Source of the DNA: Psammoneis japonica
Lineage: Eukaryota
Length of the DNA stretch: 64,000 nucleotides
Direction: 5' to 3'
NCBI GenBank assembly: GCA_008632985.1
Contig: QPGO01000002.1
Span: 248,001-312,000, forward strand
Position 1 is the first letter of the stretch, and every line of letters starts with the position of its first letter. The notes beneath the pieces are model-generated. The model searched no databases. It was given only the letters and a program-made list of their open reading frames with translations, and was not told the DNA's origin. Of the stretch, positions 1-13,028 are shown piece by piece. The translations under genes were made by a program, and so were the position numbers.

Positions 1-1395
1 GTATGGTCGCTTCCTCCCTCCGAAGTTGGATCGCATTATTTGCGACGATTGATAAGTTGCCGAGCGAACTACTAGTATGACTAAGATCTACTTCACAGGA
101 TGGAAGTGAACTTTATCTAGTTCAACGCAGCTGTTAGTAATGTCGGTACATTGAATTTGTTTTGATGGAATCTGAAGGCACTTTGTATTACAGCATTGAT
201 TGCCCAAAGGCGGTGCTACTATGTTTTCCGTATATTAATAGAAGCGCGTCACAAGACAAAAAAACACCACAACAGCAGAGTCCCGTCCACGCAGCTTCAT
301 CCGTCATTCATTGTTTCATTCAATCGGAGTCCGAATACGAGAGGACTGCAATAAGGCACTCCTCGGAGCCGCTTGGTGGTACGGCAGAGCCTATTCAAAC
401 TTCTGTCTGCAATTTTGGAGGTTGTTACTTCACCGGGAATCTGACGAAGCACTGGGGCTGCAGTTGTGCCATCCGACTCTCTCGTCACGTTTTCTTGTTT
501 CATGTCAGTGTCTTATGGTAGCGGGGTCCGAAGGTCGAGACGAATCGTACCAGAGCCATCCGATTCCGCTTTGGAAACATTTGTGATTTGGCATGGCCGG
601 ATTTATTAAAAGTGGAGTCGACTTGCTGAACAGAGAGCGAGTCATCTGCCTCAAACATTGTCGCTTCAGTCACGTTTGCCAAGTCTGAGCTTTCACTGTC
701 GACGCCAGATTCATTCGACGGTTCAAGAGCGGTTGTCGTAGCGGCAGGCATAGAAACGTTTGGAATAGTTCTTGGCTTGCTACTATCATCGTTCTGGTTA
801 CTTCGATCTTCTAGGAGTGTATCGTAAAAGTAGCGCTTGTCAATCATTGGTCGCTGCCGTTTTTCGTTCGCATATCCGCCACAACCAAATGAAAGTAGGC
901 GGCTAAGAGTCTCGTCACGTTCCACTAACGAATTCTTCTTCTCGCCCGACATTACAGCGGGCGTATCCGCAGATTCTGCCCCATTTTCCTTGCTGTCAAC
1001 GTTTTTAGCAAAATGTAGCATACCAGGCTTGCGGCTCCTCCGCGTCGCAAGTGGAGCTCGCCTTCACAAGCATTCTTCCTTTTCGCTGTCACTAGCATCT
1101 GCGCCAAACGCCCTGTCAGTCTTAGGAATACATGGCTCATTTTATATACATACTGTTCTCCTCTGAATCGCTGAGTAGGTCAATCAAGGGGATATTGGTA
1201 GGAGTACCACTACTATCGAGGGTCTGGTATTTGTGGGCCATCTGGCCCGTTCAGTCTTCACTTCAGCAATTTCACTGGGTTGTGCGACGGCTGCTGCACA
1301 CCGTAGGACTCTCTTTTCTGCCTTCAGCTCCATGCATCAATAAACATCCGGGACGATTGAGAACAGGTTTGAGCTTGGCATAAGCGTCCAAAAAG
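1..1395 (+). repeat. Segmental duplication, direct copy of 20878-23060 lacking ~765 bp
   Basis: 1-1072 is nearly identical to 20878-21956. 1070-1395 matches 22721-23060 at lower identity. The junction has GCA microhomology. Confidence 0.95.
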
Positions 1396-3600
1396 GGTTT
1401 GGACTTTTTGAAGCGGTTCAAGGCCCGGAAGAGAATCGTCTGCAGTTATGTTTGGCGGACGTGAATGACAGTTTGCTGCATGAACGAAAGGGCTTTTTTC
1501 AGAGCGGAATTATCACGTCGGTGCACAAAGTGCGATAATTTGTCGTGCAATACATTCGATTGCTTTTCTTGATTATGTTTGGCGATCGCAGTTGCATCAA
1601 ACGCCATTCCTTTCTTGATGGGCTTAGCAAACTCATTTTCAAAGGCCGATGATTCCTTGCCCAAACAGCCAGGGCGCACCCAAGAGGCCATGTGATAGTA
1701 CTCAAGTATGTTGTTCAGAAATGGCGTCCCGGTGAGCCGATGCAGCTCTTCATCTTGATCGCTTACAATCAGGTCCAGGAGATTGGAGCTGGAGGCGCCG
1801 ATGCATTCAGAATCGTTAGCATGAGTATATCAATTACCCCTGTACGCTTTACAATGCGACGCTGCACAAAAGCTTACCCTCCTTGACATCTTCTTCCGAT
1901 GACTGAACTATTCCCAAATAGAGCGTATTCGTCACCTGGCATGGAATAATCACATTCGTGAGAAGAACACAGACAAGAAAGGTTTCAAAGCAGACAGAGT
2001 TTGCTCACAAGAAGCACGTCACCTCTGTCGCTACAAGCTTTGAACGTTTTGCCCCGAGAAGACCTGTTCACGTCATTCAGATTGGAAGTGTTGGTGTCGG
2101 GCCGGAGAGACGCTACCCACTTTCGTAATTCGCTCTCCCAGTTAACCAACTAGAACTAAGATCGAGAGTAAGACTGTGTGTCAGAACGGAGATCGTGCGC
2201 AGCAAAGAAAGAACCCGACCCGATTGGGTGATACGTGCGGTATTGGTTGAGACAACGAGAAGTGCGGTACGAGTCAGAGGGGTATCCGACACCGTCAAAG
2301 AAGGGTGATGAAGTAAGGTGTGAAGCAACACAATCGCTTGGAGCGACTTGCCAAGTCGCATACTGTGTGCAAGGATACATCCGCCAACCGATTGGTTGGA
2401 ATGAACCTCTTCGCCCAAAGTTTCATTCCCGTCTGCCTCATTTAATTCATTGTCGGACATTGTAGAAAAGTCACAGCAAACGGTGTTCCACATGAATTTG
2501 ATCCCATCTACTTGCTTTTCGAGTGAGGCAAAATAGAACGTCAGGATATAGCAGTGCAGCGTACGATGCCAAGTTTGTTACCTCCTTCATTTGCTTGGCT
2601 AAGTCCAGGTGAACAGAAACGATTCGCTTCCCATTGGGTGGAGTCGGAAATAAATTAGACTCGCCGTCGAAAATCCCATGTTCAGTGTAAGCCAACCTCG
2701 CAGATTTTATGCAATCATTGTGGTGTACTTTATACCGGCTGAGAATGTCTCTGGTTCGATGCGCTTCTTCACACGTGCTGGAGACTTCTACTCCCACTAG
2801 ACGCAATTGGTGGAGCGGGACTGTCAGACATTGCAACTTACGCATGCTCCCCCCAACTGCCAGCCCTAGAGGATGCGCAACCATTGCGACTGACTCTCCG
2901 GCCTTACGAACTTGTGGATGTAGCAACATTTCGTCTCGTCGGACGACTCCCGAGACGCCATGTCGTTGCGATCTTTGCTTCCCGGCGGCATCAGCAGTGT
3001 CTTTTCGTTTCGGACTACAATCTTAACTTTCTTCTTGACGCGACTGTCGTGTGATTCGGGTGCCATCGCTTGGCTCCGCCAATGGTTTGGAGCCCCTCCC
3101 GCTTTGACCGCATCGAGAGATTCCTCTATAACGTACAAAGGTCTTCAACACACTTGATCGTACACATCCTGTTCATAGATGTTCGACTTCTGTTGTTTCA
3201 TGCCGGCCGGAACCTTGCCATTTTCCCGACCGAGTTCCGTGTCTCGTTCGTCCAACTCTTGATGCCTTTGCTTTCCATTCGAGCTCGTCTTCTGTACGAG
3301 CCCAGGAGAATTCCAACAAGGTCTTGTCACATTCCTCATGTAGTCGCGCAACACGAGCATGATGGTCCTACCACTCCTTGTGCAGTCGCTCCATTTCTTC
3401 ATCTACGACATCCTCCACGTCCTCGACTGGATGGTAAGGCGCGATTTCTTTTTTGATTTCTTGGCGCTTCTTGTTTTAAAATCCGGGCATGTCGCTCAAT
3501 TCACAACGTTGAAGCTCCTGTTCTACCGACTGAAGCTCAACCGAAGCAGTGGCCAACGCCTTTGACTCGTCTGTGTCTTTTTCATGTGCATCGGCCATTG
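297..3600 (-). pseudogene. ATRX/RAD54L2-like SNF2 chromatin-remodeller pseudogene, copy 1 (N-terminal ATPase part plus C-terminal tail; HELICc region deleted)
   Basis: ORF 2113-2493 has GGCILAHSMRLGKSLQ (SNF2 motif I, GxILAHxMGLGKTLQ). ORF 1446-1691 has VRPGCLG..FENEFAKPI..LHDKL..FVHRRD, typical of ATRX/ARIP4. Multiple stops and frameshifts. Confidence 0.75.
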
Positions 3601-4102
3601 CCCGCTGCGATAGTTTCGGGCCGGGCGGAACGGCGCAATGGGTACAGAAGAAACCAAAATACCCTGCTGTCATCTTGACATGATCGCTTCCCGTAGAAGT
3701 GGCGGTGTCCAGCAATAAGAAAGTGATTGCCAACAAGGCGAGCACCACAATCGAACAGATAGTTTTACGTGGCGTATTCTGAAAAAGCAGCACGTCAATA
3801 CGCCCCACTGAATAAACGCTGCCGAATTCGGATTCAAGCTTTCATTTTGCATAATCACAAAAACCCAGCCGAGCCAAAAAGCAATAGAACCCAATGACTG
3901 TAAAGGAAATGAAGAGCCCTATATGATTTCAAAGATTGCCAGAAGAAGCTGCACTAGACCACCAACAAAGATTGCAAAACTAACCACCATTTCTTCAAAT
4001 TCCGCTTCAGCCCATTCGGCATCAAGTAAATGCTTCGTACCACAGAGTGCGCTCATCTGGTAGTGCCAGCTTCCCATCTTCAAATCATACGCTTTAGCAG
4101 CG

Positions 4103-4270
4103 CCACTGCTTCAACTGAATCTTGTCAGCTTCGGTGGCAACAAGGATGTGAAAATAATGTTTAGCTGCTCGTACAAGCGGTGAATCCACTGCTTCAACAG
4201 GAGCTTGTCAGCTTCGTCAAAAACACAAGGATATGACCATGTTTAGCTGCTCGTACAAGCGGTAAATCGC
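4103..4270. repeat. Tandem duplication, ~83 bp x2
   Basis: ccactgcttcaac..cttgtcagcttcg..caaggat..tgtttagctgctcgtacaagcggt occurs twice in tandem. Confidence 0.85.
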
Positions 4271-4949
4271 CACAAACGATGCACGCTTTATTGGCATCAC
4301 TCAACAGTGATCATGGCTCCACCATGCATGCCCATGGCGGCTCCAGTACGATCAGGATGCACTCATCCAAACACCTCGATTCGTCAGCAACACATGACAG
4401 CGAAACAACCTTGGGCGCCAAATCCGCACCACGGTATTTTCATTAAAAATGTTGACGTCACCTACCATCCGTCGATGCACACACGCACTACCACATCACC
4501 ACTCCCGGCTTGGGAGGTCTGTAATTGGTACGGGAAGAAGAAGAAGAAGAGAAAGACCTCCCACGGATCCCTACATTTTTCAGTAGCCCTACTGAGCTAA
4601 TCTGGCCAGTTAGCAAAAATCAAAAAGCGGAGAACGACTTACAGACCAATTTTTTGTACCAGCCTCTACACATTTTTCTCGTAGACACCATGGCGCTGTT
4701 GCGTCGTTTGCACCGTCGTCGTCGCGTCTTTTTATGGGGTGAGTTATGCATAAGATTCATGTTCTTTGTCCACATCATGTGTAAGCGTTGGCCCAGTCTC
4801 GATAAGTGCCGTGCGTGTTGCAAAATGTGTCGTCGACTGAAGTGGTGTGATGACTCTTTTTTTTGTCATCCTTTGACTTTGTTTCTTTTATTTTACCTTC
4901 TTTTTTGGTTTGCACTCCAATGTGCAGCATTTTATTGTTATAACATAAG

Positions 4950-7140
4950 CATGAGTAATGGGTGACAGAGTGTGAGTCGAGTTGTCACCCTGGCAACATG
5001 CGTTTGTGGTCGTCACATTGTCTGGTGGTGTGTTCGTTCTTTGTTTTGTGACTCGTCGTTCCTTTGACTTCTTTCGCTCTCATGGTGTCAGCTCTTACCC
5101 CTTGTTTTGCCTTGTCTTTTGATGTGTCAACAATGTTGGATAGAGGAGTGAAATTGAAGTCTTTCAAGTTGATGCAACACTCCTCTTTGTTGCATCTGGA
5201 TTTGGGGTGCCTGGAAACGACGCTCAACCAACCCGAGCGCGCTGAGACTCGGGCTCGTTCTGGATTGATGGATAAGATGCTCCTTCATGTGCTTTTCTCA
5301 CATCCTGCCAAAGGTTTCAACAGCGTGTGTGTCCGTTCCAAGGGATGCCAGACCGACCAAATCATTGCCTGCAGGATGTTCTTGTGCCGAGTTCTTTTTA
5401 AAGGCAGCACACGAGAGGTTCTTTTCGGTGTCGAACTGGTTGTTGGAAGGGAAGTGCAACATGCTTTTCGACAAATTTCATTTGTGCTCATGTCTGCTTT
5501 TGGTGAGTGCCTTCTGGAAGCTTTTCCAAGACTCGCCTGATTTCTGATTGCACTTGGGCGATCCGTTCTTGTTGGCTCTCCAAGAATGCTCAACCATTTG
5601 TCTTGTCTGCTTCATTTTGGATTCCCAGCCTTTTGAAAACAATTGTTTGGGAGCCTTGGGCGATCGCATGATTGTGGAATCATGTCATTTCAACAAGAAT
5701 GGCGAAATGTGCCTGGCAGCCTGTTCCATTGTCACGCTCAATGAAGACGGAAAGGTGGGGATCCGCACGCAGCAAATTTGATGGCCGCTGCTTCTGCAAA
5801 GTCAGCTTGGTTTTGACACTTGACAAAGATTCTCTCCCTCAGCAGTTGCATTTTACTCCTGTGATTTGTCGCTTTCACATGAACCCCGTTGCATGGGAGT
5901 TGACTGAATCCTGTTCAGCACTGTGCAACAAACGACAATGCATCGGCGCCATGGTGAGCATCAGCGGGGAGCGATGCATCGCGAGGTGCTTTGTGCAAGT
6001 GCCAAGGCTACGTAGAATTTAACATGGCACGCAGAAATTGCGTAGAAAAATTTGCTGGCCAGACTGAAAAGTGCAACGCTCCGTGGGAGTGCCACATCAC
6101 CAAATCAAACGCCAAAAAAAGATGCCCTGAGTAAAAACAACAGACACAACTCTTGCCATTGTTGCACCATTGCCACACCGGCACGAAAGTTGGAGTCAAA
6201 AGCACTGCCACACCAGCCATTCGGTGCTGCCACACCATGCGTTGTCAACACATTGTCAGGTTCATGGCGACCCGCAAAAGCACTGGCACACCTGCCATCA
6301 GCAGCCACACAAGCTGTGCAGCTCCGCTGGCTGGCACACCATGCAGTGCAGCGCCTCCCTCGTCAGCTTCGCAGCATGCGGCGTGGCAAAAGTGCTGGGA
6401 ACCTGCCACACCAGCCATCAGCCATGCGAGCTGCAGTGCCAGCATGCCATGCATTGTTGCCTTCACAAAACAAAGAAAGAGAGTCAACGCCAAAAAGGAA
6501 TCCCTGTCCACAGTGGTTGCAACAACAGCAGCTGCAGCGACAGCAGTTTTTGCCCCACAAGAGTCGCAAGTGAAAACAGCCACAGCAGCAGTTGTGGCAG
6601 CAGCTGCGCAGAGCAGCAGTCGCAGCCACACGCCCTTCTCGTCACCCAAGAGTCAGCACAGAGAGTGCGCGCTGGATGTGCTCACCACAGAACATGAGAT
6701 GGAGATTCAGAGACAACAAGCAATGAGCTCAGTGCGTGCACAACCCAAGCTCTGCCTCTGCAAGAAGCTGCTGAGAATGAGCTGGACAAAAGGCAAGAAA
6801 CACAGCAGTGCTGGAAGAGAGAAACAGCATCAAAGACAGCACACTCACTCACCAGAACTTGTTTCATCCTGTGGCTGATCTTCAATGGCAGGGAAAAATG
6901 CTCCAAACACACCAGCCATCTAAAAGGCACAAAAAACCAGAAACTTGGGAGGTGCCAACAAACAAAGACCAACGTGGGGTGCGCTCAGCACACTTCGCTT
7001 TGACGTGTGGCAGTGCTCCCACCAACACAGCATCATCCCAGTGACATTCAATTTATGAACGGAGCCAAGTCTCCACAACACTGCAGTGCTGTTCTCAGCG
7101 AGCGATGACTTGGACGACGCTTCCAACTGCCGTGTGTGCT
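4950..7140. other. TpA-depleted hypermutated block A (degenerate TE-like sequence)
   Basis: TA almost absent apart from a few sites and an island at 6009-6045; TG/CA in excess. Confidence 0.85.
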
Positions 7141-9229
7141 GTGTACCGTGCGCTTGTGTTGCCGCACCGACCAAGCGTCTGGCCGTGGGGAGTTTGGGGC
7201 GGTCGGGAAAATTCGAGAACCTGATGGACGACAGACGTGGTGCGGATTTGGTTCGGCACTCTGTGAAAGTTCTACGTGAGAGTTGCATTATAGCTCGAAT
7301 AATTCGACTAAATATTTTTGATTTTTGCTTGTCCGTCATCCGCGTTCTCCGTGCTTTTTGTGTGGGAAAAAAAAGCCGCCGACCATGATGAATGTACTGT
7401 TCCGAGGTCGTCAATGTTGACAACTGAGGAGGAATCGGGGTGTAATAGTCTCTGTTATTCCCAATAGAAGGACACTGTGTGGCGATTCCTCCTCAAAGTT
7501 TCGATTTGAGCGATGTTTTTTGCATTTCACTGACTCACCCACATTCGCGTGTTGTCGTTGCCGCTGAGTGCGAATCTACCCAAGACCTCACCAGCAGAGG
7601 TACATGCCACCGGTAACTCCTTTATTACCATGCGTGGTCAAAAGTAATTATTATTGGTGGTTGGGATGAATAACAAAGTTTTTCAAGTGCTTGAGATGCC
7701 GGAAGCTGTTGGAATGGAGATTTTTGACGGGTCGGGCTCATCCGACCAAACTAATATAAGAAGTTCTTTAAGTGATATGGTAACCATAAGCATTCCATTA
7801 TTGATGCAACACATACCTAAGCTAGCCATATAGGGCTCTAAAGCTGGTTTATCTAAGAAAACAGTGACAACTGCTGCAAGGAGAGGGTCCTCAAACGTTT
7901 GGTTTGAGTCACGGAACGCACTCTCTAGGTTTCGCTACGCCTACGATACAGCAGGGGAACCAACACCTTGCCAAAGCATTTGAACCTATCACATAAGCCA
8001 GTAAGACAATTTGAAGCACTATGATTTCTCAGTGGGGAGCTGTCTTAATGATGGTGTTGCCCCAACACTCGTTGCGCGCTTCGATTTCTTCAGATTGGGA
8101 CTGGGCTCGATGGAGAGCTAAATGCAACCTAATGTATGGCCAATTCTACAATTTATGCTTGAGCATTTCGATATAAATCTAATGAGTGTTAAAAGAGTAT
8201 GCTTTGGAGCTTATCTGGCCTTGACGATGGACGTCTCTGTCCTGGTGTGCTTTCCAGCCACCACGCAAACATCCGAGTCTGATCCACTTCTGCGAGATGA
8301 TGGTGCCCTTTTGATCGGTTGCTTTCTATTAAAGACCTGAAAGTCTCAAAGACACAATATCGAACTCGAAAATGACTGAGTCTCTTAGAACAACAACCGC
8401 TGATGTGAAACTACCGGCCCTCGAATGACTCGCGGTTCTGAGGTGCCAAAAAATGAGAGAAAAACACTCTCTTCGGCCAGCAGAACTCTTCTGATTCTTT
8501 TTCTTTATGAAACGAGAAGCTAGAAAGCTTCACCCTAACAATGAAGAAGTCGAAAACAAAGGATTTTGTGAGGAAAACAAAAGAAAATGTTATAAAGCTT
8601 GGCCTCGAGTGCTCACCTCACAACACATGTTCCGGCATCTGACTCATGATCGGAAGCATCAAAATGGATGCTCTCGCCGTTATTTCACGACGCTTCTCTA
8701 CAGAACAATTCCTAAAGATCAATATGGTCCAAATCCATTGAAGTATTGAACTTCGGGCAACTGGAACTTCTATCTAGATGCAACTTCGACTTGTGACAAG
8801 GGGGATTTTGCACGGGTCCTCCAGGTTTGCAAGCTGTGAACAAGATGTTTTTGACAGTTTTCCACCATAAAAGTTACATGTTTCAATGAAGGAAAGAAAA
8901 TATGGCAGTTCTATAATGTACCGTCGAGAATAAACTTACTGTTTGCCGCCAGAATCGTTGCGTATTCATCATGGTCGCCCACCAAAAACTCCTTCGGCTC
9001 GTTGCGCAAAAATTTCGGAGAGTGATGACGTCACGGGACGAGGTGATTTACACAGTGTTGTGGTACAAAATATACGCGTGACGTCAACATACTAGGTCTA
9101 CGGCTATAATGCACCTCTTTCACGGGGTGTCGGCGGAACCCATAAAACAAATCAAACACATCAAAACATCCAACATCCGCACACCATGAAATACGGTACC
9201 ATAGTGAAGAGGTTTGCTCTCCGCAGTTG

Positions 9230-9340
9230 TTGGAAATAAGATGGGAATTATACCGAGGTGATTGCGACTACGACGGTTCGTGTGAATCTGGTCTTGTCTG
9301 CCACTGTCATGACGGGTCGATGCAGTGCGAGACAGAGATT
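9230..9340 (+). pseudogene. Fragment of a frustulin-type acidic Cys-rich domain
   Basis: Translation RGDCDYDGSCESGLVC resembles the diatom C(E/Q)GDCDxDxDCxxGLxC motif. No intact gene around it. Confidence 0.5.
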
Positions 9341-9649
9341 GTTGTCACAACAAAGCACGCAAATCCAGAAATTTTCTCAATTCGACGCGTTACTTGTGCC
9401 ACCTCTGGAAGGTACTGCTTTCCCAATAACTCTGTCAAACAGTCCCACACCTGTAGAAAGTCAGGCCATGGCGCCTCTCCCTACTGGTGCTGAGCGTAGC
9501 GATTGCAGTAGAGAGAGAGACGGCATCACCGACCCCACTGCTCTCCCGGCTAAGCCAATATACTGATTGACTCTAGGATGTCCCTGGGAGGACCAGCAAC
9601 CCAAAGAGCAATATCAGGAGGACCGAAGCAGCAGCTGTCCCATAAAACA

Positions 9650-10600
9650 AAGTGACGGTGGCTACAAAGTTGGAGTTTCGTTTCGTGCTAAGAAAACTCC
9701 TCATGGGCCAAAAGGACCGGCTGCTACTACTACTACTTCCGCGTCATCCAGTAATGACAGCAGTGGCAAGGAGATTGCCCGTCCCGTCAAGGGAGGACAA
9801 GAACAAGAATAGTCTATTCACAACACATCAATCCCAAGAATCTTCTGCCCAATTTGCCGTTTATGAGTTTTGGCCCGAAATGAAACGTCGCTTTGGAGAC
9901 TTTTATTTTTCTTGGAATGTCGGGTCTCGGGAAAGGCCTCGCACGTGTCACGTCATTCAAGATCCGCACGAAATGGCGAAGATTCTAAGACGGGAGGGGA
10001 ATTTTCCTTCAGGAGCAGCCGAGTTCTCGTTGGCTTATTCAAAATAGGTTGAAGATCGCAACATCAGCGTCGGAGGTATTGTGAAGAACGGGCCTAATGG
10101 AAACGAATTCGTAATTTTTATACAGACGGACCTATTGGCTCCTGCATCTGCCACCCGATACCTACCGTTGGTCATTGAAGCTGCGCCAGGGATTTCTCGT
10201 GGAGCTCCGCAATACAGCAAGAATCTCAACCACTTTGTCATGTTGGGACAAAAGACGCGCATTACAGATCCCGAACACCAGTCGGACCCGGAAGATGAAC
10301 TCTTTTGCACCAGCGTGGTGGAATCGCTCCGTATCAATAGCGAAATGATGCAAACGGCGTACCATGCCATTGTGGCCAAAGTTCGGGTATTGAAACTTGT
10401 TTGTACAAGCAGTTTGCCGCCCACTAGGGTGCAGCCCAAGCCATATGCCAACCAAGCCTTTGCTCTCAGTGAAACGGATGACAAAGTAACGAGACGAAGC
10501 AAAGACCTGGAAATTATTGCACTTGGCTACTAGTCCAAAAGCTCAAGAGAAAATCTATCAAGGATTGACGTGGAACGGTGGATAGTTTACACCGGAATCG
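9650..10600 (+). pseudogene. Cytochrome P450 pseudogene fragment (N-terminal half)
   Basis: YEFWPEMKRRFGDFY..VIQDPHEMAKILRREG.FP..IQTDLLAPASATRYLPLV resembles the P450 A-D helix region. In-frame stop at ~10047; no heme-binding motif seen. Confidence 0.55.
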
Positions 10601-10795
10601 ATGAGCGCCACTAACGCTCAGTATCTGCACGCTTGCTCGCGCGAATCCCATCGCTTTGCCAATCCCAACGTTATGATTCCCTTGAAACGCATTCCCACCG
10701 AAGTGACAAGTCTCTTGGTGAATGTACGTCCCGCACTCGATGGACACTTGGAAGCCGCTGCGGTAGTGGTTTTCAAACGACAGGCTACTACGAAG

Positions 10796-10976
10796 TAGTA
10801 GTTGTTGGGAGTCTAGTTTTTCTTTAGCTGGATCGTCTTCATCAACGCTAGCTAAAGAGATAACAGATGAATTTCGTAAAATGAATAGCTATTATTGTTT
10901 CGTGACACTATGATAGATCCGCTAGTCATCTACGATATTTTTCGCCTTCCCCACCGTGAGATAAGCTTTTCTACGG
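10796..10976 (-). repeat. Shared ~170 bp downstream module, copy 1
   Basis: Direct match to 24331-24503 and inverted match to 28283-28435. Each copy lies just 3' of a gene of this cluster. Confidence 0.85.
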
Positions 10977-10977
10977 T

Positions 10978-12035
10978 CTACTCCGCATCGCTGATAGAGC
11001 CATGGAGGAGCTCCAGATGGTAGCTTTTCTTCGTGAGCTCTGTGCCATCGCTTTTCCGCACAGTGTACGTGCCACGCCCATTCTTGCACACTATCTCTAC
11101 CACCTCGTCTTTTGCTTTTCCCTTCGTGATGCGATACTTGTCGCCAGCGTTGAACTCTTGCACATTGTTGCGGCTGCGGGAGCCACGGACAGCTGGCTTT
11201 GCTGCGGCAGTAGTGGTAGCGTTGTCATCAGCGCCAGTCGCTGTCATCAGAGTGACGCCTGTCTCAGAATGAGGTGCGGCTGCATCGCGTAGACGGTCTT
11301 CAAAAGAGACAGCGCGGTTGGTGCTTGAACGAGCCGTAGTGACAGGAACCAACGTCGCAACCGGGAGTGACAGGAGCTAACGACGCGACCGCCATGGGCG
11401 TTCTTGGCACAGCCGATGAAGCCTTCACCATGGGTGTTCCTCCTTGCATGGCCTCAATGAATAGCCTCCGTTCTGCCATTTCAAGCTCGTGTGCTTCCCT
11501 TCTACGCTCTTCTTCTTTATCACGTCGCTCTTCTTGTCGCTTTAATTCATCCTTTCGCATCTCATGTTCTTCCTGTTGCATGGTAGTGATTCGTTCAAGG
11601 GAAATCGATAAGTTGGCATTCGTTTCCGATAAGATGTCATTCGTTTCCAAGAGTTCGATGTTTTCCTTTACGGATTGTTTGAGTTTCTCCAGAGCTGTCC
11701 GGAGGGCATGCTCCACCTGCCGACGGGAAATTCCTTCATACTCTGGCGACGAATAGGCATCGTCAGAGTAGCCCTACAGCACAGCACCAAAAGGAGAACG
11801 AAATACAACACGTGAGACAAATATCGTTCCTCGACAATTTGAATGAACGCGCGATACTTACCTCCGCTATGGTTTCCGGAAGCAACCCAGGCGGAGTACT
11901 CACAACAGCAGTTTCATCCTCGAAACTGTTCGGCGATCGCAATCCCTCCGAGTCGCTCCCGTCGTTGTTCTTGTCGTTGGCTCCGCCAGTCACTACGGAG
12001 AGAATACCCTTGAGAACACCCTTGAAGAAGTTCAT
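10978..12035 (-). CDS. Coiled-coil protein with C-terminal KOW/SH3-like domain (family member 1); one intron 11861-11774 and a probable 1-bp frameshift at ~11363
   Basis: ATG at 12035. The 88-nt GTAAGT..TGTAG intron joins in frame to ORF 11300-11716. The C-terminus AGDKYRITKGKAKDEVVEIV..LE..HG....DAE is paralogous to the 26109 gene. The frameshift may be real or an assembly error. Confidence 0.7.
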
Positions 12036-13028
12036 CCTGCTAATGATGTCAATACAATGTCAAATGTTGTCAATGCTGTTGAGTTGTGACGGTGGCGATG
12101 GGATGCTTTTGATTGACGACTCGAGTTTTTGATGCATTCCGTAGAGCCTACCGGTACGTGACTTTATGTACCACAAAGTTGATTCTCCGTAGAATCAGCC
12201 ATGTTTCTACACGCCCAACGGATCTTTTTCGAATGCAGCACGTGCGCGCGTACGTGCGTCTTTCAAATTCCTGTCCCGCCAAAAACATCGCACGCGACGT
12301 CATCATCATTTCATCGGCCTGTCTACAGTGCAGTGTGACGTCTGTGGTGAATTGTTGTGACTTTGCCTTCTTTGCATTCACCACGAGAAGGCTTCACCCA
12401 TTTTGCATTGCTCCAACAAGTGAGCCAATCAGGTGCGCAATGGCTTGCCAGTGGCCACCACGGGCGGTGCTCCCCCCCAGCACACTCCAGCATTGCCACA
12501 AAACAGGAAGCAAGGGCACCCCCAGCACGGCTGTGGGCTCAGGGCAAATGTTTCCTCATCTTTGCAGGTTGTTTGCTGAGCACCTCTCAACAGCCAACCC
12601 CCAGCACATGGCACCTTCTTGATTTCATCAGCACCTCATGTGGCAGCAGCGGTCTGGTCTTTTGTTGCATCACAAGACACATCTGATGCACCCAAGGCAT
12701 CCCAAGCAAGAACACATGATCAAAGTGACCCACAGTGCCAGCAACCTGCTGAACAGATCCCAGGAAAGGGCCAGCATTGCAGTTGCTCCTGGGAGCAGCT
12801 TGTCAACCACAGCGGCCCTTTGCAAATCCCTCGCAGCGTCAAGCTTCTGATTTTCAAAGCAAACAAAGACAAGAGCCGCCCTTGGCAGCCAAGTGAGAGT
12901 CATTGGTGGCTGCTCCAAAAGGGGTGTTTGACAAGCTCCAAGCTGAAAAGAGTTGTTGGCTGCAACAACGCCAGCCAGCACTGCCAAAAAAGCAGGAGCC
13001 AGTGGTTCTCCAGTTCACAGTTGGCACC
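11931..13028. repeat. Inverted copy of 40405-41422 (gene 5' end, promoter module and adjacent hypermutated sequence)
   Basis: Reverse-complement homology over ~1.1 kb, including MNFxKG..VTGGAND..DGSDSEGLRSP and the upstream region. Confidence 0.9.

Noticed and set aside
10796..10830. Helitron 3' end in the shared downstream module
   Set aside because: CTAG is present, but there is no clear subterminal hairpin or A|T insertion site, and homology continues past it.
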